64,000 nt of DNA. Source: Faecousia sp. Its GTDB lineage: Bacteria; Bacillota; Clostridia; Oscillospirales; Oscillospiraceae. Position numbers and translations under genes: made by a program. The DNA lies in NCBI GenBank assembly GCA_045595225.1, contig JAZOAD010000045.1, positions 1,733-65,732 on the forward strand, in the 5' to 3' direction. The notes beneath the pieces are model-generated. The model searched no databases. It saw nothing but the letters and a program-made list of their open reading frames with translations, and was not told the DNA's origin. Below, piece by piece: positions 56,919 to 64,000 of this stretch (positions are counted from its first letter, which is position 1; each line of letters starts with the position of its first letter).

Positions 56919-57489
56919 GTTTTCGGTTTCGGCAGGTTTTAGCTTTTCTTTGGCGTTCATGATTTTATTTTTGCCGCTGCAATGGATCGCAGCTATGATC
57001 ATTGCAGCGGCGTTTCACGAGCTTTGTCATTTTTTGGCCATTGTTATACTTCATGGAAGTGTTCCGAAACTGCGTTTGCATCCCTACGGCGCCCGGATGT
57101 CGCTGCCGGATCTGAGCAGGGGAAAGGAACTGCTTTGCGCCCTCGCCGGGCCATTGGGAAGTATAGCGCTGCTGCTGACTGCCTCCCGATTTCCCAGAGT
57201 TGCATTTTGTGGCATGGCCCAGGGGTTATTTAATTTGCTTCCTATTTATCCATTGGATGGAGGACGCATGATCCGATGCCTATTTTCCATGATCTTTTCT
57301 CCTCCTGTTGCCGGTAAAGCTGCCGCTTTTTTGACATTCTTTGTTTCGGTGACTGTTTTCGTTGTAGCGTGTTACGGAACATTCATGCTTGACTTTGGCT
57401 TTTTGCCGCTGATAACGGCTGCACTGTTGCTTTTTCGGGCGTTCTCGGAAAAAATACCTTGCAAACGGACGCGATTGGGGGTACAATAG
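56908..57489 (+). CDS. spoIVFB: M50 site-2 metalloprotease, SpoIVFB-like
   Basis: HELCH, ALAGP, FNLLPIYPLDGGR; GTG start after AGGAG. Confidence 0.78.
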   Translation: MERKFSVSAGFSFSLAFMILFLPLQWIAAMIIAAAFHELCHFLAIVILHGSVPKLRLHPYGARMSLPDLSRGKELLCALAGPLGSIALLLTASRFPRVAFCGMAQGLFNLLPIYPLDGGRMIRCLFSMIFSPPVAGKAAAFLTFFVSVTVFVVACYGTFMLDFGFLPLITAALLLFRAFSEKIPCKRTRLGVQ

Positions 57490-57518
57490 CCGTAGTTTCA
57501 AAATTTGAGGTACAAGTT

Positions 57519-59354
57519 ATGACGGATTTACTGCAGCGAATTCTGCCCACGGTGCAAAAACCTGCCCGGTACACCGGCGGAGAATTCAATGAAATCAAAA
57601 AAGACCCCGCTTCTGTTCGGGTGAATATCGCTTTTTGCTTTCCTGATACTTATGAAATTGGTATGTCCAATGTGGGCATGCGGATTTTGTACGGCGTGAT
57701 GAATGAAATGGATGGCGTCTGGTGTCAGCGTGTCTTTGCCCCCTGGGGCGATATGGAAGAAGCTATGCGCCGGAATGATCTGCCCCTGTGGGCATTGGAA
57801 AGCCGACGCCCGGTGAAGGAATTTGATATGATCGCCTTTACTATCGGCTACGAAATGTGCTACACCAATATTTTGAATATGCTTTCCCTTTCTGGGGTGC
57901 CGCTTCATGCGAAGGATAGGAAAGGCCTTCACAACATGGTATTCGCCGGCGGTGTTTGCGCTTTTAATCCGGAGCCTCTGGCGGATTTTGTAGATTTCTT
58001 TTCTTTGGGCGAGGGCGAGGAGAGTACCGTTGAGATCGTGTCTCTTTACGACCGCGCAAAGGGAGAGGGGTGGACGAAAGCGGACTTCCTGCGGGAAGTT
58101 TCCAAGATTCCCGGCGTTTATGTGCCGTCTTTTTATGAGCATTCCTACAACGATGATGGCACCTTGAAGGCTGTGACTGTGCTTAACGGCGCGCCGGAAA
58201 CCATCACAAAACGGATCATTGAGGATCTGGACCATGCCTATTGGCCCATTAAGATGATCGTCCCTTCCACAGAAATTGTACATGAGCGGGCAAATTTGGA
58301 GGTTTTCCGGGGCTGTATTCGCGGCTGCCGCTTCTGCCAGGCAGGCTTTTCCTGCCGTCCGGTGCGGAAAAAGAGTCCTCAGCTTCTGTATCAGCAGGCA
58401 GTGGAGACCATGGAAGATTCCGGCCATAATGAAATCACGCTCTCCAGTCTATCCACATCCGATTATCGGGGCTTGAAAGAATTAACAGACGCGCTGATCC
58501 CTTATTGCCATGACAATAATATCAATCTTTCCGTTCCTTCTCTCCGTGCGGATAATTTCTCCCGGGAACTGATGGAAAAGTTGCAGACTGTCCGTAAATC
58601 CGGCCTGACCTTTGCGCCGGAAGCGGGAACCCAGCGTTTGCGGGATGTGATCAATAAGAATTTGACGGAAGAGGAGATCCTTACCACCTGCGCCAATGCT
58701 TTTGAAGGCGGCTGGAACAATGTAAAGCTCTATTTTATGCTGGGCTTGCCTACGGAAACGGACGAGGATGTTTTGGGAATTGCTGACCTTGTGTATAAGA
58801 TCATCAAATGCTGGCAGGCAAATGCCTCCAATAAAAAGCGTGGTCTTCGGGTGCATGTAGCCACCGCATTCTTTGTGCCTAAGCCTCATACGCCTTTCCA
58901 ATGGGAGCGGCAGATCAGCCAGGAAGAATATCTGCGCCGTTGCAAATTACTGAAATCCCATTTCTATTCCAACTCCATTGAGTATAACTACCATACACCG
59001 GATCTGAGCCGCCTGGAGGCGGTTATGGCCCGTGGTGACCGACGGTTGGGTCCTGTTATTGAGGAAGCCGCTAAAAACGGCGCGCGGCTGGATGGCTGGG
59101 ATGAGTATTTCCGCTATGACATTTGGTTGGATGCCTTTAAAAAATATGGCATTGACATGGATTTCTACACCACCCGCGGATTTGGTGAGGAAGAAAAGCT
59201 TCCCTGGGATATGTTTGATGTGGGTGTTAGCAAGAAATTCCTGCTTCGGGAGCGGCATAGAGCCTACGAGGAAAATGTTACCCCGGATTGCCGGGAAAAC
59301 TGCGCCGGCTGCGGCGCCAACTGTTTGCTGAAGGAGGTGGACTGCGATGCCTAG
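57519..59354 (+). CDS. TIGR03960-type B12-binding radical SAM protein
   Basis: VQKPARYTGGE, FPDTYEIGMSN, RGCIRGCRFCQAG, TFAPEAGTQRLR. Confidence 0.9.
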   Translation: MTDLLQRILPTVQKPARYTGGEFNEIKKDPASVRVNIAFCFPDTYEIGMSNVGMRILYGVMNEMDGVWCQRVFAPWGDMEEAMRRNDLPLWALESRRPVKEFDMIAFTIGYEMCYTNILNMLSLSGVPLHAKDRKGLHNMVFAGGVCAFNPEPLADFVDFFSLGEGEESTVEIVSLYDRAKGEGWTKADFLREVSKIPGVYVPSFYEHSYNDDGTLKAVTVLNGAPETITKRIIEDLDHAYWPIKMIVPSTEIVHERANLEVFRGCIRGCRFCQAGFSCRPVRKKSPQLLYQQAVETMEDSGHNEITLSSLSTSDYRGLKELTDALIPYCHDNNINLSVPSLRADNFSRELMEKLQTVRKSGLTFAPEAGTQRLRDVINKNLTEEEILTTCANAFEGGWNNVKLYFMLGLPTETDEDVLGIADLVYKIIKCWQANASNKKRGLRVHVATAFFVPKPHTPFQWERQISQEEYLRRCKLLKSHFYSNSIEYNYHTPDLSRLEAVMARGDRRLGPVIEEAAKNGARLDGWDEYFRYDIWLDAFKKYGIDMDFYTTRGFGEEEKLPWDMFDVGVSKKFLLRERHRAYEENVTPDCRENCAGCGANCLLKEVDCDA

Positions 59355-60006
59355 ACTTTTGTTTACCAAAACCGGTGACGCTGTTTGGATGTCCCACCTG
59401 GACCTGATGCGGCTGTTTCAGCGAGCCTTCAAACGGGCGGGCTTGCCGCTGACCCATACACAAGGCTATAGTCCCCGACCCTCTGTTTCCATCGCGCTGC
59501 CGCTTAGCGTAGGCGTTGAAAGTGTCTGTGAGCTGCTGGATTTCGATTTGGAAGGGGAGAGCGTTCCCTTTGATGAAATGACAGCCCGGCTAAACGGGGC
59601 CCTTGTGCCCGGCGTTACGGTGCGTGAAAGCTATGCCACGGGTCGCAAGATCAAAGACCTGGCATATCTGGATTGTATAGTGACCATGGAATATGACCAT
59701 GGCATTCCGGAAGGGGCGGAAGAGGCCATCCGGGAGCTGTTTGCCCGTGGGGAACTGTATGTGGAAAAGAAGGGCAAGAACGGCCCTGTGCAGCAGGATC
59801 TGATCCCCATGATCCGCTCTTTGCGGGTTCGCCGGGATGATAGACAGATTTTGCGCCTGGCGGCCCGCGTGTGCTGCCAGAATCCCAGTTTGAACCCTAT
59901 GCAGCTGGCGGCGGCGGTCAATGGCTATTTGCCGCAGTTCGCGCCCAGCTTTGTTCGCTGCGAAAGAGTGGAGATTTTTGACTCCAATGAAAATGTGTTT
60001 AGATAA
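59347..60006 (+). CDS. TIGR03936-type radical SAM-linked protein
   Basis: SHLDLMRLFQRAFKRAGLP...QGYSPRP; coupled to the radical SAM gene. Confidence 0.88.
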   Translation: MPRLLFTKTGDAVWMSHLDLMRLFQRAFKRAGLPLTHTQGYSPRPSVSIALPLSVGVESVCELLDFDLEGESVPFDEMTARLNGALVPGVTVRESYATGRKIKDLAYLDCIVTMEYDHGIPEGAEEAIRELFARGELYVEKKGKNGPVQQDLIPMIRSLRVRRDDRQILRLAARVCCQNPSLNPMQLAAAVNGYLPQFAPSFVRCERVEIFDSNENVFR

Positions 60007-60016
60007 GGAGAACCCT

Positions 60017-60238
60017 ATGGAAAAAATGCTTTATGAACTGGAAGAATGCCCTATTTGCCGTGGCGCGGGAATTTTGACCCACGAGGGCGGCTGGAATGTA
60101 CAGGTCGAATGCGCCGATTGCAGCGCCCATACCGTTTTTGTGGAGTATAACGGCGAAAAAGAACGGGCGGAAGCGGAGCAAAAAGTGGTTACTTTGTGGA
60201 ATATCGGCAAGGTAATTCGCTCTGATGTAGGCGAATAA
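60017..60238 (+). CDS. Small zinc-finger protein, Lar restriction-alleviation-like
   Basis: AAGGAG RBS; LEECPICRG...VECADCSA...LWN. Confidence 0.65.
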   Translation: MEKMLYELEECPICRGAGILTHEGGWNVQVECADCSAHTVFVEYNGEKERAEAEQKVVTLWNIGKVIRSDVGE

Positions 60239-60327
60239 AAAATTTTTTGAAAAATTGAAAAATAATGCTTGCATTTTTCGGCAAGGTGTGCTAATATACT
60301 CAAGCGCTGAGGCGTGCAAGCAAATAT

Positions 60328-60404
60328 CCGGGTGTGGCGAAGTTTGGTATCGCGCTTGAATGGGGTTCAAGAGGCCTCGAGTTCGAATCTCGACACTCGG
60401 ACCA
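60328..60404 (+). tRNA. tRNA-Pro (anticodon GGG)
   Basis: Acceptor stem CCGGGTG/CACTCGG; anticodon arm CTTGA-ATGGGGT-TCAAG; GTTCGAATC T-arm; encoded CCA. Confidence 0.95.
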
Positions 60405-60702
60405 AGAACAGGAATGAGCATGGGTTCATTCCTGTTTTTTTTGTTATTTTTGGGCGAACTCGAGGCCTCTTGTATTTTAATCCGGCTTAGCAACCATGCG
60501 TAGCATGCGTTGCTTCGAGTTCGAATCTCGACACTCGGACCAATAAGACCGAGAGAGCATCTGCTCTTTCGGTCTAATTTTTTAGGAGAGATTCGAACAT
60601 TTAATGCAGCGCGGATGAGCGCTGCCGCCGACGGCTGGACGGAGGCGAACAATAATTTCTGCCGTAGGGCAGAAATTCATACGAATCTCGCCACTGGGAC
60701 CA
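60405..60702. repeat. Tandem tRNA 3'-end repeats with palindromic spacers
   Basis: 60515-60543 is identical to 60377-60405 (29 bp); 60682-60702 is a two-mismatch copy; antisense tRNA fragments at 60455-60472 and 60588-60598. Confidence 0.75.
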
Positions 60703-60813
60703 CTCTTTTTCTGCACAAAAAACTTGACTTCCGGATTTTGTGTGATACGATGGCAGTAGAGGGCAACATCTACTGCCAAAAATTATCACGGAATCTAGTT
60801 AAAGGAAAGGAAG

Positions 60814-62511
60814 GTGAAAGCGACGAAAAAAGAAGATTTTCGTCGCAAGATTATGAAGAATAAGAAGGCATTGACTGCAATTATTTGCGTGATCGTAGCG
60901 ATTATTCTGGCGCTTGCGGTGTGCGCCGTGGTCTTCCGGGACCGGGGCAGCAACAACCCCAGCACCGGCTCCACCAGCAGCTCCACGGACAAGAGCGCAG
61001 ACAGCACCACCAAGGGTACCGAGGGCACCACCAATGGCACCGAAGGCACCACTCAGGGTACCGAGGGTACCACCCAGGGCACCGATCCCACGGAAAGCAC
61101 CGGGACTACCGACTCCACCGAGGGCAGCACCGCTCCCACCGATCCCACCCAGGGCAGCACCGCCCCCACGGATCCTACCGAGGGCAGCACCGCCCCCACG
61201 GATCCCACCGAGCCTACCGAGTCCACTGCTCCTACCGAGCCTGCTCCTACGGACCCCACGGACCCCACCGAGTCCACCGCACCGGCGCAGCCCCATGAGC
61301 ATGACTACCGCCCGTCTGAAACTGTGGAGCCTACCTGTACGGAAGGCGGCTACACCGTTTACCGCTGCGAATGCGGCGAAACCTACAGCGGCGATGAAAC
61401 CGCCGCCCTGGGCCACGATTACACCTCCGTCACCACCGCGGCCACCTGCAGCAAAGAAGGCAGCGTTGTGGATACCTGTAAGGTCTGCGGCGATGTAAAG
61501 ACCACCGTGCTGGAAAAGAAGGCCCACGATTACAAAACCGAAACCTACCCCGCTACCTGCGTCTCCAACGGCGCTGTGGTGGAAACCTGCAAGGTCTGTG
61601 GCCATGTGGAAACCACCACCATCCCCATGATCGACCATACTTACGAAACGGAAACCTATCCCGCCACCTGTACGGAGTCCGGTTCCGTAGTGGAAACCTG
61701 CAGGGTGTGCAGCCATATGCGGTTCACCACCATTCCCGCCACGGGCCATATCTACACCGAATGGATGGCGGAAACCGAAGGCAACTGCGAAAACGGCGGC
61801 ACGGAGTACCGCACCTGCGAAGGCTGCGATCTGCGGGAGACCCGGACGGTGCCTGTTGGTCACAGCTGGACCGACTGGGTGCTGACAAGACCTGCGAGCA
61901 CCGGTATTCTCTATGAAGTGACCCGCACCTGCCGGGGCTGTGGCCTTGAAGAAAAGGAGACTAGATCCATTTTCGATTGTGAGCATGATTATGAATGCGA
62001 ATATGTAGATGCCACCTGCGAAATGGATGGCTATACCATCAAGACCTGTAAAAAGTGCGGCGAAGTGTACAAGACGGATTATCATACCATGGAAGGCTGG
62101 TATTCCGGCATGAAGCACGACTGGGGCGAATGGGTAACAACTCTGGAGCCTACCACTTCCAGTGCTGGTGAAAAGGAGCGTACCTGTAACCGCTGCGGTA
62201 CTGTGGAGACCGCTGTTCTGATTGCCATTGTGGAATATGAGCCTTATATTGACGAAAGGGTGACGGTGGAGCAGGTTTTTGAGAATGTGACTTATAGCTA
62301 TGAAAAATTCAGAGTGAGTGACCAACGCTCTTGGGGCGAACCTCCCAGTATTTGGGTCAATGATGATGGCACCATTACAGTCGGTTACTACACCGCGGAT
62401 GGTGAATGGATCCAGTTTGATATGGAGCATCCGCCCGAAGGACATGTCTATGCGTGCTACATCCTTGAAGATGGTACTTATGGATTTACACTTATCGGCT
62501 CCTTCGGCTAA
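60814..62511 (+). CDS. Membrane-anchored protein with a Thr/Pro-rich stalk and Cys/His-rich repeats
   Basis: N-terminal TM; TTxGTEG and TEGSTAPTDP repeats; about eight H.Y/W...ATC...G...C..CG repeats; alternative start 60853. Confidence 0.8.
   Translation: MKATKKEDFRRKIMKNKKALTAIICVIVAIILALAVCAVVFRDRGSNNPSTGSTSSSTDKSADSTTKGTEGTTNGTEGTTQGTEGTTQGTDPTESTGTTDSTEGSTAPTDPTQGSTAPTDPTEGSTAPTDPTEPTESTAPTEPAPTDPTDPTESTAPAQPHEHDYRPSETVEPTCTEGGYTVYRCECGETYSGDETAALGHDYTSVTTAATCSKEGSVVDTCKVCGDVKTTVLEKKAHDYKTETYPATCVSNGAVVETCKVCGHVETTTIPMIDHTYETETYPATCTESGSVVETCRVCSHMRFTTIPATGHIYTEWMAETEGNCENGGTEYRTCEGCDLRETRTVPVGHSWTDWVLTRPASTGILYEVTRTCRGCGLEEKETRSIFDCEHDYECEYVDATCEMDGYTIKTCKKCGEVYKTDYHTMEGWYSGMKHDWGEWVTTLEPTTSSAGEKERTCNRCGTVETAVLIAIVEYEPYIDERVTVEQVFENVTYSYEKFRVSDQRSWGEPPSIWVNDDGTITVGYYTADGEWIQFDMEHPPEGHVYACYILEDGTYGFTLIGSFG
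61006..61206 (+). repeat. Intragenic tandem repeats (about four 21-bp units and three 30-bp units)
   Basis: ACCACCAAGGGTACCGAGGGC-type units from 61006; ACCGAGGGCAGCACCGCTCCCACCGATCCC-type units at 61117-61206. Confidence 0.8.
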
Positions 62512-62632
62512 GCCTCAGCAATAGCATACACCAGCAAATTTCATTCACTATGCATAACGGAAAATCCGTCACTTGAAAAAGTGGCGGATTTTTTATAAGC
62601 AAAACAAAAAAACCATGAAAGGAGATAATCCT

Positions 62633-63376
62633 ATGGAAGCATATAGCAATTCCGACGGACGAACGCGGACAGGGATATTCAAAAGAATAATGACCCTGCT
62701 GCTGGTATTCGTCACCCTGGTGCAGCTGTTCCCCCTGCAGGTATTCGCGGAGTGGGACGGCAGCGGCAGCTCCGGTGACACCGGCAGCACAGAGATCGTG
62801 GGCGGCTTCTCAGCCTCCAGCGATGCCATGGTGGGCTACCGCTTTACAGTTTACAATGTTGAAGGCGATAAGATCGGCTACAGTGTGGACGTGGACTTTA
62901 AGTATATCTACAACCCCGGCCGACGGGCCGCCGGGGACAATAAGCAAAGCCATATAGATTTGTATAAGGCTTATTTGGAAGACCCCGATAAGGTTAATAT
63001 TAAAGGCGACGATACGCTTGGCGACAGGAATGGCTTCCAGACTACCTGGTGCAGCAACCCGGAAAGCGCGTATTATTACGGAAGCTACGCCAACGACGAG
63101 GTAGACTATGTAAAGTTCGACAGCACGCTGGCCAACCTGGATCCTTCCGAAATCGGCTATGACGCGGAGACCAATCCTAACGGCTGGCTGACGGACGATA
63201 AGGCCAAAGAAGTTGCGAGATGGTGCGGCGCACTCGACGGCTTCGATGCCGACACCGCCTACATCATCGTCGAACCCTACTACTGGGTCGTGCTGGAGAA
63301 TATCATCTACTTCCTCACCGTAACAGAGTTGGCGGTGACAATTTGTAGCATCCCACAGGGTTTTCGTCCGGCATAA
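62633..63376 (+). pseudogene. Secreted protein, probably 3'-truncated; resembles surface proteins of Firmicutes conjugative elements
   Basis: AAGGAG RBS; signal peptide ending QVFA; GYRFTV and IIVEPY...LTVTELA motifs; abrupt switch to AT-rich sequence at about 63338. Confidence 0.5.
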
Positions 63377-63453
63377 ATTACAATATGTAGTTATTTAGTA
63401 TATGCTACAAATGTAATATCTTGTTTTTGTGCATTATTTTCAAATTATCCTGT

Positions 63454-63482
63454 TTGACAATTATTTCGCATTATAGTAAAAT
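63454..63482 (+). promoter_or_regulatory. Sigma-A promoter of the last ORF
   Basis: TTGACA-17-TAAAAT. Confidence 0.6.
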
Positions 63483-63575
63483 TTATAAGTGTGATTATGT
63501 CATTATTTGGCTGAATCCATTGTGCAAAAGAGGTCCGCTCATTTGCCAAAGCAAGCAAAATCAAAGGAGGATCCC

Positions 63576-64000
63576 ATGAAAACTGCAAGAAAAATGATCT
63601 GCGCGCTTATGCTGGCATCGTTGCTGCTGACGGTCATGAGCGCATCGGTTTTCGCAACGGAAACAGACAACGCCTGGCTCCAGGTGGACGATTCTGAAGA
63701 GAACGTCACAAAGGTTTCTTTCCTTGCCGATACCGCCATCACCGACGGACTGATCACCGTCAGCTTTGACGCGGAGCAGCTGAGCTATGCCGGATTGGAA
63801 GTGAATTCCGATTGCGTAGCGTACAGCTCTGTCAACGGGGATACCCCCGGCGTTATCAAGCTGGCATGGGTCAGCGCCGGGGAATATGAGGCCCAGGATC
63901 TGGCCCTGTTTACGCTGACCTTTAACGGCGTGTCGGAGCAAAAGATCACCATGTCCGGCTCTTTGACCGACCGTGAGGGTAATGCGCTGACCATTGGCGA
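63576..64000 (+). CDS. Secreted protein with an N-terminal cohesin-like domain (partial, runs off the window; absent from the ORF track)
   Basis: AAGGAGG RBS; MKTARKMICALMLASLLLTVMSASVFA signal peptide; TDGLITVSFDAEQL...GVIKLAWVS...LFTLTF resembles the N-terminus of ORF 47509; no stop codon before the window end. Confidence 0.8.
   Translation, partial: MKTARKMICALMLASLLLTVMSASVFATETDNAWLQVDDSEENVTKVSFLADTAITDGLITVSFDAEQLSYAGLEVNSDCVAYSSVNGDTPGVIKLAWVSAGEYEAQDLALFTLTFNGVSEQKITMSGSLTDREGNALTIG

Noticed and set aside
60377-60702. Possible CRISPR array
   Set aside because: The repeats are tRNA 3' ends, the spacers exceed 100 bp and are palindromic, and no cas genes are present
63508-63560. GCTGAATCC resembling the start of a c-di-AMP riboswitch
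   Set aside because: The leader is too short and the downstream conserved motifs are missing

Overview
Chromosomal window from a spore-forming Clostridia-class bacterium; gene content and order suggest Oscillospiraceae (inference). Housekeeping content: HAD hydrolase, a lipoprotein/MBOAT/DHHW acylation operon, comM, thiI, pncC, a PadR operon, a shikimate operon (aroF-B-A-C-pheA-like-aroE/K-aroQ), ispE, addBA, spoVAD/E, an SH3-NlpC/P60 hydrolase, ireB, T-box-pheST, rarA, spoIIGA-sigE, a tryptophanase-family lyase, spoIVFB, a radical SAM pair and two tRNA-Pro genes. The strongest novelty candidate is the 2864-aa ORF 47509..56103, which reads as a secreted polyprotein. Its N-terminal part is signal peptide, cohesin-like domain, three FIVAR-like repeats and a sortase-type sorting signal/TM. 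An internal second signal peptide follows, then a subtilisin-type protease that carries a dockerin-like module and has no anchor of its own. A paralogous cohesin-like gene starts at the window end. Other notable signals: a 23-nt antisense match to the NlpC/P60 ribosome-binding site in the ireB 3' region, palindromic elements with antisense T-arm copies after both tRNAs, a PheA with a collapsed dehydratase domain, and an unannotated 35-aa Asn/Gln peptide after spoVAE. All domain calls come from reading motifs by eye; no searches were run.
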